Assembly (NCBI GenBank): GCA_965213675.1
Contig: OZ243916.1
Span: 2,976,001 to 3,040,000, forward strand
Direction of reading: 5' to 3'
Length of the DNA stretch: 64,000 nucleotides
Source: an uncultured Candidatus Binatia bacterium
Lineage (GTDB): Bacteria > Desulfobacterota > Binatia > UBA9968 > JAJDTQ01
Shown: in pieces, positions 47,724 through 57,685 of the stretch
Position numbering within the stretch: position 1 is the stretch's first letter
How the letters are laid out: the number at the start of each line of letters is the position of its first letter
Made by a program: the position numbers and the translations under genes
The notes under the pieces: model-generated
What the model saw: only the letters and a program-made list of their open reading frames with translations
The model's database searches: none
What the model was told of the DNA's origin: nothing

Positions 47724-48252
47724 CATCACCATCGGTGCCTTGCTGGTGGTGCTGCTCTCGTGGGCGGTGTGGGAGGCCCAGGACTGGCCGGCGCGCACCC
47801 GGTTCTTCCCCTTGGCCATCGGTTATCCGGTGCTGGTGATGGCGGTGATGCATCTGGCCTACAGTCTGTGGCTCGGACTGCGGCCGCCCGTGCCCGCGAG
47901 CGCGGCGGAAACGAGCCAGGCGGCGATGGATGAGGGTCCTCCCATGGATCCGGCCCTCGTGCGCCGGCGCACCCTCGAGATATCCGTCTGGGCCGTGCTC
48001 TTCGCGCTGGGCCTGTGGCTGCTGGGGTTCAAGGTGGGCGGGCTCGTCATTCCACCGATCTTCCTGCGCTTCCAGGCGCGCGAGACCTGGCGGACGAGCG
48101 TCCTGTACGGCTTCGTCGTCTATCTGTTCTTCTGGGGCGGTCTGGAGCGAGCCCTGTCGTTCCCCCTGCCTCCCGGCCGCATCGCCTACTCCCTGGGGCT
48201 CTATTCCTTCGATTCCTATCTGACGGATCCGCTCCTCAACCTGTTCCGGTAA
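47707..48252 (+). CDS. tctB: tripartite tricarboxylate transporter small subunit TctB
   Basis: About 4 TMs, FFP, LLGF, LPPG; overlaps the tctA end. Confidence 0.82.
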   Translation: MRNRTDITIGALLVVLLSWAVWEAQDWPARTRFFPLAIGYPVLVMAVMHLAYSLWLGLRPPVPASAAETSQAAMDEGPPMDPALVRRRTLEISVWAVLFALGLWLLGFKVGGLVIPPIFLRFQARETWRTSVLYGFVVYLFFWGGLERALSFPLPPGRIAYSLGLYSFDSYLTDPLLNLFR

Positions 48253-49063
48253 CGGGGCCGGCCGGTGCGGCCGCGCTCCAGTACTCGTGAAAATGATGAA
48301 CCGGACTGTGCCCGCGACCGATGGAAAAAGCGTGGCTGATGGCCTGGGTGATGAATTCCTTGGCCTCGGCCACGGCGGCGTCCACGGGCTTGCCCTGGGC
48401 CAGAGCGCAGGCCAGCGCCGCGGAGTAGGTGCATCCGGTGCCGTGCGTGTGCTTCGTTCGTACTCGCGGAGCGGAAAACACGCGGAATACCTTCCCGTCG
48501 TGGAAGACGTCGTCGGCGGCGCCACGGCGATGACCTCCCTTGACCACGACGCTCCGTGCGCCCATGTCGACCATGCGGCGGGCCATGTCCCTGATGGCAT
48601 TGACGCTGGTCCCGGCCGTGCCGGTCAGCGCCTGGGCTTCGGGAAGGTTTGGTGTGACGATGGTCGCCAGCGGGAAGAGATGCGTCTTCAGCGCTTGGAC
48701 GGCGTTCTCCTGAAGCAGCCGGTGGCCGCTGGTGGCTACCATGACCGGGTCCACCACCAGGCGTTCAATACGGTGCTCGCGGACCTTCCCGGCTACCACG
48801 CGGATGATCCGGGCGTTGGCGAGCATGCCGGTCTTGACTGCGTCGGCGCCGATGTCCTCCAGGACGGCATCGATCTGGGCGGCGACCACGGATGCCGGCG
48901 TTTCGAGAACCCGCGTCACCCCGGTGGTGTTCTGGGCAGTGATGGCCGTGACCACGGACGTGCCGTAAACGCCCAGGGCGGCAAATGTCTTGAGGTCGGC
49001 TTGAAGGCCGGCACCGGCGCCGGAGTCCGACCCGGCGATGGTCAGCGCTTTGCGTACCTTCAC
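48236..49063 (-). CDS. thiD: hydroxymethylpyrimidine/phosphomethylpyrimidine kinase
   Basis: LTIAGSDSGAGAGLQADLK, KTGML, DPVM, TPNLPEA, HGTGCT; start approximate. Confidence 0.95.
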   Translation of the reverse strand: MKVRKALTIAGSDSGAGAGLQADLKTFAALGVYGTSVVTAITAQNTTGVTRVLETPASVVAAQIDAVLEDIGADAVKTGMLANARIIRVVAGKVREHRIERLVVDPVMVATSGHRLLQENAVQALKTHLFPLATIVTPNLPEAQALTGTAGTSVNAIRDMARRMVDMGARSVVVKGGHRRGAADDVFHDGKVFRVFSAPRVRTKHTHGTGCTYSAALACALAQGKPVDAAVAEAKEFITQAISHAFSIGRGHSPVHHFHEYWSAAAPAGPVTGTG

Positions 49064-49193
49064 TCGACGGCTCTTCTCCAGGTCCACATCGTCCTCCGCA
49101 ACCGGAATCTGGCGAGTGGGTCGTTCTGAAGCCCGACACCCCGGAGTCCGATTTCCCAGGCTGTGTCGAAACCCTTTCGAACCGGGGACAGCG

Positions 49194-49215
49194 AATTCCT
49201 GCGGCGCAGGCTCCT
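49194..49215 (-). repeat. GGAGCYTGCGCCGCAGGAATT element copy
   Basis: AATTCCTGCGGCGCAGGCTCCT. Confidence 0.75.
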
Positions 49216-49379
49216 CGGCCATAGTCCTTGCCGCGTGGATCGGATCATCTCAATGAGTACCCTTCCCCACCGGCCGACACAAACGCACGTATATCACCAG
49301 CGCCAGTGATGTCGCCGGCGCAAATGGTGTTTGACATCCCTGCCGTTTCCTGATGGCATAACCGGCCACGGGTGATGCC

Positions 49380-49970
49380 ATGCAAGACATGCTTTCGAAA
49401 GACCGCCTTCAGGGTTTCTTCCTCAACATGACCCGGCAGTGTTTCGGCGAACTGGGCATTCGTGACGCGGAGGTGACGGGTTACGTCGCCGATGTGCTGA
49501 CGGAGTTCGCCCGCAGCGACCGCCTGTTCCGCGTACGTTCCCGGAAGCAGCACCGGTTGGAGAGCGTGGTGGAGATGCTGGCGGACGAGCATGCGGTGCT
49601 GCCGGATGGGACCCCTGCGTTCGCTGGCGAGAACACGCTGATGCGGGAACGGCGGTTCCGCAAGTACCTTGGCGATTACACCTTGTTCATGAGCGGGGTG
49701 TTTCGCTCCTACGTCGAGCGCGGCGGTTACCTGGACTACTATATCCGGGAAGGCAGCCGCTCCTACATGAAGGTTTCCGAGGTGGATCTGTCGCTCTATC
49801 GCACCGGCTTCCTGCTGTTCCAGGAGCTTTCGGAGAAGTTCGAGTACTTCTCCGGTGCGCTTGATTACATGCACAAGGCCTACTTCGCGGACTCGCCCAA
49901 AAAGGATCCGTTCTCCGGTTTTCTCAAGCAGATCGAAGGATGGATGAAGGTGAACGTCACCGAGAACTGA
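49380..49970 (+). CDS. hypothetical protein upstream of mltG
   Basis: Host-like codon usage; LGDYTLFMSGVF...YIREGSRSY; no function recognised. Confidence 0.75.
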   Translation: MQDMLSKDRLQGFFLNMTRQCFGELGIRDAEVTGYVADVLTEFARSDRLFRVRSRKQHRLESVVEMLADEHAVLPDGTPAFAGENTLMRERRFRKYLGDYTLFMSGVFRSYVERGGYLDYYIREGSRSYMKVSEVDLSLYRTGFLLFQELSEKFEYFSGALDYMHKAYFADSPKKDPFSGFLKQIEGWMKVNVTEN

Positions 49971-49988
49971 CGCCGCCGGAGCCCCTCC

Positions 49989-50999
49989 TTGACCAGACCC
50001 TTTCTTCTTGCCGGGGGTGTTCTCCTGTGGGTAGCCTTGTTCGTCGCGGGCTATCTGTGCGCCTATCTGTGGACGCCGTACCGGGGACACTCGACGGTAA
50101 CCGAAATCGAGATCCGCAAGGGCGACTCGTTCGCCGCCATCACGCAAGAGTTGAGTGGCAAGGGGGTGATTTCCCAGTGGCGGCCCCTCATGCTGTGGGC
50201 GCAGCTTCTTGGCGCGGACAAGAAGGTGCATCCCGGTCTGTACCGCTTCGACGGGGCCGTCTCTCCCACACGGGTATTGGCTCACCTTGTGGACGGCAGG
50301 AGCGTCCGTTACAAGGTGACCGTTCCCGAGGGCCTGACGGTCCGGCAGATCGCCAATCTGCTGGAGCGGCGGAGCCGGGCGTCGGCGGCGGGGTTTCTCA
50401 CTGCGGCGATGAACCCGACGTTGCTCGAACCGTTGGGAGCCGACAGTCTGGAGGGCTACCTGTTCCCCGCGACCTACAAGTTCACCGCGCTGGCCACCGA
50501 GGAGCACATCGTCAAGACCATGCTGGAGACCTTCGAGCGCCGGTTCACGACGGAAATGGAGGCGCGCGGTCGCGACCTCGGAATGACCCGGCACCAAGTG
50601 GTCACCCTCGCCTCCATCATCGAGAAGGAAGGCGGACCCCATGACGAATGGGCGATGGTGTCCGCCGTCTTCCACAACCGCATGAAGCGAGGAATGCGGC
50701 TCCAGAGCGATCCCACGGTCATCTACGGCCTGGATGATTTCGACGGAAACTTGACGCGCCGGCACCTGCGGACGCCCGGCCCCTACAACACGTATACGAT
50801 TCACGGTCTGCCGCCGGGTCCCATCGCCAATCCCGGTCTGGCCGCGATCAACGCGGCATTGTTCCCCGCCGCGGTGGATTATCTGTATTTCGTCTCCAAG
50901 AACAACGGCAGCCACCACTTTTCCGTCACCCTGCGCGAGCACAACAAGGCCGTGGCCCGATACCAGCGCAACGGACGCCGCGGGCGCGGCGAGCAGTGA
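49989..50999 (+). CDS. mltG: endolytic transglycosylase MltG
   Basis: VTVPEG, LEGYLFP.TY, LASIIEKE, LQSDPT, YNTY...GLPPGPI. Confidence 0.95.
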   Translation: MTRPFLLAGGVLLWVALFVAGYLCAYLWTPYRGHSTVTEIEIRKGDSFAAITQELSGKGVISQWRPLMLWAQLLGADKKVHPGLYRFDGAVSPTRVLAHLVDGRSVRYKVTVPEGLTVRQIANLLERRSRASAAGFLTAAMNPTLLEPLGADSLEGYLFPATYKFTALATEEHIVKTMLETFERRFTTEMEARGRDLGMTRHQVVTLASIIEKEGGPHDEWAMVSAVFHNRMKRGMRLQSDPTVIYGLDDFDGNLTRRHLRTPGPYNTYTIHGLPPGPIANPGLAAINAALFPAAVDYLYFVSKNNGSHHFSVTLREHNKAVARYQRNGRRGRGEQ

Positions 51000-51012
51000 C
51001 TCCGTGATTATT

Positions 51013-51039
51013 CCAGGAGCCTGCGGCGCAGGCTCCTGG
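51013..51039. repeat. 27-nt palindrome made of two fused element ends
   Basis: CCAGGAGCCTGCG-G-CGCAGGCTCCTGG. Confidence 0.85.
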
Positions 51040-51100
51040 CCACGGCATGGTTGCGGTGGCCAAGGGTGTCAGAAAGTCCGGAGGCTGATAAGCTGATTGG

Positions 51101-51475
51101 ATGATTCCGGGTGTTTCTCTTGAGCCGGTAGATGTGAACGACACGCCGGGCGTTCCAGAGGCGCTGGCGCGGAGTTCCGGCATGTTCGCCCTGCGCGTGC
51201 ACGGCGATTCCCTGATCGAGGAACAGATCTGTGACGGCGACACGGTCCTGGTTCAGTCCGTTCCCGCCGCGCGTGACGGCGACACGGTGGTGGCGGTGGT
51301 GCAGGGCGAGGCCACGATCAAGCGATGGTCCCGCGAGGCCGGGAGCGTGCTGCTACGTTCCACCACTGAACGGTCGGAACCCATCGTGTCCGAGGAAGAC
51401 GACGTGGAGATTCGCGGCGTGGTGGTCGCGGTGGTCCGGAAGTACCAGGAGCCTGTCGGGTCTATCGAATCGTAG
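51101..51475 (+). CDS. S24 peptidase (LexA/UmuD C-terminal domain only; possibly truncated lexA)
   Basis: FALRVHGDS, DGDTV, EATIKR, IRGVVVAV.R; no HTH and no Ala-Gly cleavage site. Confidence 0.7.
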   Translation: MIPGVSLEPVDVNDTPGVPEALARSSGMFALRVHGDSLIEEQICDGDTVLVQSVPAARDGDTVVAVVQGEATIKRWSREAGSVLLRSTTERSEPIVSEEDDVEIRGVVVAVVRKYQEPVGSIES

Positions 51476-51605
51476 CGAGAGGCAGAGAAAGGCCAGTTTC
51501 GGGCGGATTTGAAGAGAATATTGGTAGTATTGGACGAAAATCCAACCGGAAATGGACCCATTCCGCTGCCTCGCAGTAGATTCTTGATAAACCCCACAAG
51601 CTCCC
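51447..51605. mobile_element. MITE-like imperfect palindrome with GGAGC(C/T)TGT termini
   Basis: GGAGCCTGTCGGGTCTATC...GATAAACCCCACAAGCTCC, with internal GCGAGAGGCAG/CTGCCTCGC pairing. Confidence 0.7.
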
Positions 51606-51710
51606 GGCTCTCAGTCCGTGTCGTTCACGGACTTCTTCCCCGCGGGCGCTTCCACTCTACCGGTTCCGGACGGGAAACGGGTTGAACACCATGAACAGGA
51701 GAAACCGTCG

Positions 51711-53774
51711 ATGAACCGCCTGGCCAACGAAACGAGCCCGTATCTGTTGCAGCACGCCGGCAATCCGGTGGACTGGTACCCTTGGGGCGAGGAAGCCTTC
51801 GCCAAGGCGCGGGCGGAAGACAAGCCCGTCCTCCTGAGCATCGGCTACTCGGCGTGCCACTGGTGTCACGTGATGGAGCACGAGTCGTTCGAGAACGACG
51901 CCATTGCGGCGCTGATGAACGAGAGCTTCGTCAGCATCAAGGTGGATCGGGAAGAGCGTCCCGACCTGGACGAGATCTACATGAACGCCGTGCAGATGCT
52001 GACCCGTCGGGGCGGCTGGCCCATGACAGTGTTTCTCACTCCCGAGGGGAAGCCTTTCTTCGGCGGCACCTACTACCCGCCCGAGGACCGGCAGGGCATG
52101 CCCGGCTTCCCGCGCGTACTCCAGGCGGTGGTGGAAGCCTACCGGAACAAACCTCAGGACGTGGCCCGGAACGTCGACCAGATCGTCGCCGCGCTGGATC
52201 GCATGAGCGTGCTCAGCGAGACGGGGCGGGAGATGAGCGTGGAGGTGGTGACGGGCGGGGCCGAGGGACTCACGTCCGCCTACGACGCCGCCCATGGCGG
52301 TTTCGGCCGTGCGCCCAAGTTCCCCAACGCCGGCGTGTTCAACCTGTTCCTCCGCGCCTACCGCCTGTCGGGCAACCAGCGCTACCTGGAGATGATCACC
52401 GAGACCCTCCGGAAGATGGCCGAGGGCGGCATGTACGATCAGCTTGGCGGCGGTTTTCACCGCTACTCGGTGGACGACAAGTGGCTCGTGCCCCACTTCG
52501 AGAAAATGCTCTACGACAACGGTCAGCTCGCGCAGGTCTACGCCGAGGCCTACCGCATCACGGGGGACGGCTTCTTCAAGCGCATCGTCGAGGAAACCGT
52601 GGAATACGTGCTGCGCGAGATGTGCCAGCCGGAGGGGGGATTCTACTCCGCCCAGGACGCGGACAGTGAGGGGGAAGAAGGCAAGTTCTTCGTGTGGACG
52701 CGCGCAGATGTCCTGGACCTTCTTGGCAAAGAGCGCGGCGACGTGTTCTGCCGGGTCTATGACGTGAGCGACGTTGGCAACTTCGAGGGCAAGAACATCC
52801 TCCATCCGGTGCTGACCGTCGAGCAGGCGGCCCGATACTTTCGCAAGGAGGAACGGGAAATCGAGGCCATCCTGGCGAAGTGCCGGGCGGCACTGTTCGA
52901 GGAGCGAGAGAAGCGGGTCAAGCCGTTCCGGGACGAAAAGGTTGTTCTTTCGTGGAACGGCTTGATGCTTTCGGGCGTGGCCGCAGCCTACGCCATCACC
53001 GGCGACGCGCGCATCCGCGAGGCGGGCGCGCGCACGGTGGATTTCATCTGCACGCGCATGTTCGAAAACGGCCTGCTGCGGCACACCTGGAAGGACGGTC
53101 AGGCCAAGCTGCTGGGCTATCTCGACGACTACGCATTTTTCATCGCCGGCCTGTTGGACTTCTTCGAGGCGACCTTCGAGCCCGAGCTGCTGGAACGCTC
53201 CAAGGCATTGGTGCGAACCATGCTGGATGAGTTCTGGGATGACGAGAACGGCGGGTTCTTCTACACGGGGAAGTCCCACGAACAGCTCATCAGCCGGACC
53301 AAACCCGGGTTCGACAGCTCCATTCCCTCGGGCAACTCGGTGGCGGTCATGGACCTGCTGCGGCTCCACCACTACACAGGGGACCCGGACTTGCTCGACC
53401 GCGCTGGAAAGACCCTGCGCCTGCACTACGACGCCATGGCCAAGGAACCCTTCGGCCTGTCCAACATGCTCGGGGCGCTGGACTACCATCTCTCGCGGCC
53501 CGCGGAGATCGTGCTGGTGGCGGCCAGGGAGGATGAGGAGGCGCGCTCGCTGGCAGGCGAGATCCAGCAATGCTACCTGCCCAACAAGACGTTTCAGTGG
53601 GTGAGCCCCGATGCCCGGCTGGAGGAGATTTCGCCGCTGCTGGAAGGGAAAACGCAGATCGGCGGCAAGCCCACGGTTTACGTGTGCCGCAACTTTACCT
53701 GCGCGCCGCCGGTGACGGACTGGGAGGGGCTGAAACCGCTGCTGGAAGAGGAAACCGGGGGACATGACGGCTAG
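51711..53774 (+). CDS. thioredoxin-domain protein, YyaL/SSP411 (DUF255) family
   Basis: [42 protein letters not shown]. Confidence 0.93.
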   Translation: MNRLANETSPYLLQHAGNPVDWYPWGEEAFAKARAEDKPVLLSIGYSACHWCHVMEHESFENDAIAALMNESFVSIKVDREERPDLDEIYMNAVQMLTRRGGWPMTVFLTPEGKPFFGGTYYPPEDRQGMPGFPRVLQAVVEAYRNKPQDVARNVDQIVAALDRMSVLSETGREMSVEVVTGGAEGLTSAYDAAHGGFGRAPKFPNAGVFNLFLRAYRLSGNQRYLEMITETLRKMAEGGMYDQLGGGFHRYSVDDKWLVPHFEKMLYDNGQLAQVYAEAYRITGDGFFKRIVEETVEYVLREMCQPEGGFYSAQDADSEGEEGKFFVWTRADVLDLLGKERGDVFCRVYDVSDVGNFEGKNILHPVLTVEQAARYFRKEEREIEAILAKCRAALFEEREKRVKPFRDEKVVLSWNGLMLSGVAAAYAITGDARIREAGARTVDFICTRMFENGLLRHTWKDGQAKLLGYLDDYAFFIAGLLDFFEATFEPELLERSKALVRTMLDEFWDDENGGFFYTGKSHEQLISRTKPGFDSSIPSGNSVAVMDLLRLHHYTGDPDLLDRAGKTLRLHYDAMAKEPFGLSNMLGALDYHLSRPAEIVLVAAREDEEARSLAGEIQQCYLPNKTFQWVSPDARLEEISPLLEGKTQIGGKPTVYVCRNFTCAPPVTDWEGLKPLLEEETGGHDG

Positions 53775-53859
53775 GAGCCTGCGCCGCAGGAATTTAGAGC
53801 GGTCCAGCTTCCAGGGGTCGGACCTTGGGCTGTGTTTCATGTAGCGTAACTTGTTGAAT
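53772..53859 (+). repeat. GGAGCYTGCGCCGCAGGAATT element (supplies TAG stop) with IHF-like site
   Basis: TAGGAGCCTGCGCCGCAGGAATT...AGCTTCCAGGGGTCGGACCTTG...TAACTTGTTGAAT. Confidence 0.75.
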
Positions 53860-53877
53860 TAACTGCGGGATAACAAG

Positions 53878-54972
53878 ATGATGGACAAAATAAAAATAGG
53901 CGTCATCGGCGCCAACCCGACGCGCGGCTGGGGACCGCGGGCACATCTCCCTGCCATCGTGGCGAGCCGGGATGTCGAGCTGACGGCGGTGTGCACGACG
54001 CGAAGGGAGAGCGCGGAAGAATCGGCCGCCAAGTTCAGTGCGAAGCTGGCGTTCCATGACTATCGCGAAATGCTGGCATGTCCGGACGTCGAGGCGGTGG
54101 CGGTGCTATTGCGGGTGCCGCTCCACTACCAAGTGACGATGGACGCCCTGAACGCGGGCAAGCATGTCCTCACCGAGTGGCCGCTGGGAAGGACCCGCGC
54201 GGAGGCGGTGGAAATGCGTGACCTGGCCGAGGTCAAAGGCGTGAGGCACATGGTCGGCCTGCAGGCCAGGGCCAATCCCGCCATCGTTCATGCCAGGGAG
54301 TTGGTGGCAAACGGTTACGTGGGCGAAGTCATGGCGTGCCACGTGAGCGTCGCCCGTGGCGGCGTGCTGCAGCGTCCGTCGGATCGGACCTGGCAGGCGG
54401 ACAATGCGCTGGGCGCCACCACCCTGACCATCGCGTGCGGGCACACCATCGACGCACTCCGTTACGTGGCGGGAAACTTCAGTCTGGTGTCGGGCCTGGT
54501 CAGCACTCAGGCGCGCCAGTGGTACGAGACCGACACCCGGCGGTACGTGGACGTCACCGGCCCGGACAACGTGCTCGTGAGCGGCCGGCTGTCCAACGGC
54601 GCGGTGGCGTCGGTTCACGTAGCGGCCGTCCCTTTTGGCGTTGGTGGGTACCGCATGGAGATCTACGGGAGGGAGGGCACGCTGGTGGCATCGTCGGGCA
54701 ACACGCCGCAACTCAAGGTGGTGCGTCTTCAGGGCGCCCGTGGCGGCATTTCGGGTATCCAGGATCTGGAGGTGCCGGCCGACCGGATGCATGCGCCAGC
54801 GGAGACGCCCGAGGGAGAGCCCAGGAACGTGGGCGAAATGTACGTCCGGTTCGCCGACGCCATACGGACCGGCGGCAAGTGCGATCCCGACTTTAACGAC
54901 GCCGTGGACACGCACCGGCTTATCGACGCCATCGCGGAGGCGTCGGAAAAAGGTCGGGCAGTGACACTGTAA
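53878..54972 (+). CDS. Gfo/Idh/MocA oxidoreductase
   Basis: IGVIGA, AGKHVLTEWP, GHTID. Confidence 0.9.
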   Translation: MMDKIKIGVIGANPTRGWGPRAHLPAIVASRDVELTAVCTTRRESAEESAAKFSAKLAFHDYREMLACPDVEAVAVLLRVPLHYQVTMDALNAGKHVLTEWPLGRTRAEAVEMRDLAEVKGVRHMVGLQARANPAIVHARELVANGYVGEVMACHVSVARGGVLQRPSDRTWQADNALGATTLTIACGHTIDALRYVAGNFSLVSGLVSTQARQWYETDTRRYVDVTGPDNVLVSGRLSNGAVASVHVAAVPFGVGGYRMEIYGREGTLVASSGNTPQLKVVRLQGARGGISGIQDLEVPADRMHAPAETPEGEPRNVGEMYVRFADAIRTGGKCDPDFNDAVDTHRLIDAIAEASEKGRAVTL

Positions 54973-55008
54973 CTTGCGCTCTCGCGAGTTCCTGCGGCGC
55001 AAGCTCCC
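54973..55008 (-). repeat. GGAGCYTGCGCCGCAGGAA element copy, inverted relative to 53772
   Basis: Reverse complement GGGAGCTTGCGCCGCAGGAACTCGCGAGAGCGCAAG. Confidence 0.75.
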
Positions 55009-55016
55009 AAGGCTGT

Positions 55017-56084
55017 TTAACGATGCGACGTGCGCCGTGTGGCTGCGGCGCGGGCGAGGTCTTCGAGCATGGGGACGGTGGTTTCCCAGTCGATGCAGGC
55101 GTCGGTCACGCTCTGACCATAGGTGAGCGGCGTGCCGGCGTCGATGTCCTGGCGGCCGGCGACGAGGTGGCTTTCCATCATGACGCCGCAGACGTTGTCG
55201 GAGCCCGAGGCGATCTGGGTGCACACGTCGGCGCATACTTCGGGTTGGCGCCGGTAGTCCTTCTGGCTGTTGCCGTGACTGCAATCCACCAGAATCCGGT
55301 GCGGCAGATCGGCGGCGCGCAGCGTTTCAGCGGTTTGGTCGATGACGCTCCGGTCGTAGTTGGGGCCGGCAGTGGAGCCGCGCAGGATGATGTGGCAACT
55401 CGCGTTTCCGGAGGTGGAGATGATCGCGGCGATTCCCTGATTGGTGACGCCGAGAAAATGGTGCGGGTGGTGCGCGGCGCGCACGCCGTCGATGGCGATC
55501 TGGATCGAGCCGCTGGTGCCGTTCTTGAAACCGACGGGCATGGAGAGGCCCGAGGCCAGTTCGCGGTGGACCTGGCTCTCGGCGGTTCGCGCGCCGATGG
55601 CGCCCCACGACACGAGGTCGGCGGTGAACTGCGGAGTGATGGTGTCGAGGAACTCGGAACCCGCTGGCACTCCCATGTTCGCGAGCTCCAGCAAGAGCCC
55701 CCGGGCTGTCCGTAACCCCTTGTTTATGTTGAACTGGCCATCGAGGTTGGGGTCGTTGATCAACCCCTTCCAGCCGACCGTGGTGCGCGGCTTTTCGAAG
55801 TAGACGCGCATGATGATGTAGAGGTCCTCGGCGAGTCGATGCGCTTCCCGTTGGAGCCGGCCGGCGTACTCCAGGGCCGCGTCCGTATCGTGAATGGAGC
55901 ATGGGCCGGCAACCACCAGCAGTCGTCGATCCCGTCCGTTGAGAATTTCGTCGATGTCGCGTCGCGCCTGGGTCACCGTGGCCGTGGCTTGGTGGGTAAT
56001 CGGCAGTTCCTCGTGGACCAAGGTCATTGGCGACACCAGAGGGCGCAGGTTTTCGATTCGGAGGTCGTAGGTAGTTCGTTCCAT
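55017..56084 (-). CDS. DAHP synthase, class I alpha (AroF/G/H type)
   Basis: GPCSIHD, MRVYFEKPRT, GAIGART.ESQ.HR, DCSHGNS, YGQS.TD.C. Confidence 0.95.
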   Translation of the reverse strand: MERTTYDLRIENLRPLVSPMTLVHEELPITHQATATVTQARRDIDEILNGRDRRLLVVAGPCSIHDTDAALEYAGRLQREAHRLAEDLYIIMRVYFEKPRTTVGWKGLINDPNLDGQFNINKGLRTARGLLLELANMGVPAGSEFLDTITPQFTADLVSWGAIGARTAESQVHRELASGLSMPVGFKNGTSGSIQIAIDGVRAAHHPHHFLGVTNQGIAAIISTSGNASCHIILRGSTAGPNYDRSVIDQTAETLRAADLPHRILVDCSHGNSQKDYRRQPEVCADVCTQIASGSDNVCGVMMESHLVAGRQDIDAGTPLTYGQSVTDACIDWETTVPMLEDLARAAATRRTSHR

Positions 56085-56248
56085 GGCGTTAAGTGGGGTA
56101 TTTAACACAGTTTTTCAGGATAGGCGAATAAGCGAAACGGGCGAGCGGGCGCCGTCCCCGGAGGTGAGGCGGACGCGCGATTCAGCGGGATGGGATATAA
56201 TGGTGCCGGATGCGGGGGGAACGGACTCGGGCATCGGAGTCGTTGCGT

Positions 56249-57616
56249 ATGTATCGGGCGGATACCATTGCGGCAGTAGCGACGCCCCCGGGCGAAGGGG
56301 GAGTGGCCATGGTGCGTTTGAGCGGACCGGAGGCCAAACGCATCGCACTGGAGGTCCTTGTCGCGAAGGATACCCGTTGGGAATCGCACCGCCTGTACCA
56401 CGGGAGGGTACGGGACCCCGGCAGCGGCGCCGTGGTGGATGAGGTGATGTTTGCTTTCCTTGGGGAACCCCGGAGCTATACGGGCGAGGACAGCGTCGAG
56501 ATCTACTGCCACGGGAGCCCATTCGTGGTGCGGCAAGTGCTCGGAGTGACGCTCGCGCGCGGCGCGCGGCACGCGGAACCGGGGGAGTTCACCAAGAGAG
56601 CCTATTTGAACGGGCGATTGGATTTGCCTCAAGCCGAAGCGGTGTTGGATTTGATCCGCTCACGCACGGACAAGGCAGCCGGGGTCGCCTTGGGCCAGAT
56701 GGAAGGTGGCCTTTCGCAGGAGGTTCAGGCTCTTCGCGAACAATTGGTGGATGTTCTCGTGCAGGTGGAGGCGGCCATTGATTTCCCGGAGGAAGAGATC
56801 GAGCTGCTTCAGCGTGAGGCGTTGGGACGGAAGGTAGCCGGGGTGGCCAAACGGGTTGCCAGCCTTGCCGGCAGTTACGAATGGGGCCGTTTGATTCGTG
56901 AAGGCGTGCGCGTGTGCATCGTGGGCCGGCCCAACGTCGGCAAGTCGAGTTTGCTGAACGCGCTGCTGGGGGAGGATCGAGCCATCGTTACGGCCACGCC
57001 AGGCACGACGCGTGACTTCATCGAGGAGACGGTGAACGTCAACGGCCTGCCCGTGGTGCTGTGGGACACGGCAGGCATCCGGCACGGAACCCAAGGCGTG
57101 GAACAACTTGGCATCGACGTTACCCTCAGGAGGCTGTCCGAGAGTCAGGGGTGCATGCTGGTCCTCGACGGGTCGGCGCCACTTGGCCCCGAGGATATGA
57201 ATGTGATGGATCTCGTGCGCCATATGGCGGGCCTCGTGGTCGTCAACAAGTCCGATCTGGAAGAGTGCATTGAGCGCTCCGCGGTGACCCAGCGTCTGCC
57301 GCACCTGCGCCAAGTGGCGGTGTCGGCATTGACGGGGGACGGGCTGGATGCTTTGAGAGGTGCGTTGCGGGATTGCTTTCTGGAGTCAGTGGAGGAGCCG
57401 GAGGTCGTCGTGACGAACGTGCGTCACAAGGCGGCCCTGGACCGGGCGAAGGAGAGTCTCGTGGACGTGCATCGCGCCATCGCGCAGGGCCTTCCCGCCG
57501 ATATCGTGGCAGTGGATCTGCAAGGGGCGCGTGACAGCCTGGAGGAGATTGTCGGCACCGTCACCAATGAGGATATCCTTGACCGTATCTTCTCGCAGTT
57601 CTGTATCGGCAAGTGA
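56249..57616 (+). CDS. mnmE: tRNA modification GTPase MnmE
   Basis: DTIAAVATP, GRPNVGKS, PGTTRD, DTAG, terminal FCIGK. Confidence 0.97.
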   Translation: MYRADTIAAVATPPGEGGVAMVRLSGPEAKRIALEVLVAKDTRWESHRLYHGRVRDPGSGAVVDEVMFAFLGEPRSYTGEDSVEIYCHGSPFVVRQVLGVTLARGARHAEPGEFTKRAYLNGRLDLPQAEAVLDLIRSRTDKAAGVALGQMEGGLSQEVQALREQLVDVLVQVEAAIDFPEEEIELLQREALGRKVAGVAKRVASLAGSYEWGRLIREGVRVCIVGRPNVGKSSLLNALLGEDRAIVTATPGTTRDFIEETVNVNGLPVVLWDTAGIRHGTQGVEQLGIDVTLRRLSESQGCMLVLDGSAPLGPEDMNVMDLVRHMAGLVVVNKSDLEECIERSAVTQRLPHLRQVAVSALTGDGLDALRGALRDCFLESVEEPEVVVTNVRHKAALDRAKESLVDVHRAIAQGLPADIVAVDLQGARDSLEEIVGTVTNEDILDRIFSQFCIGK

Positions 57617-57685
57617 CGGCCTCGCAAGTTCCGGAAGCGGGTCGCGCAGTTGGTCACAATCGCGCATCAGTCCATTAAGCAGGGG

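Noticed and set aside
53833-53848. Third parS (TGTTTCATGTAGCGTA)
   Set aside because: Only one half-site matches
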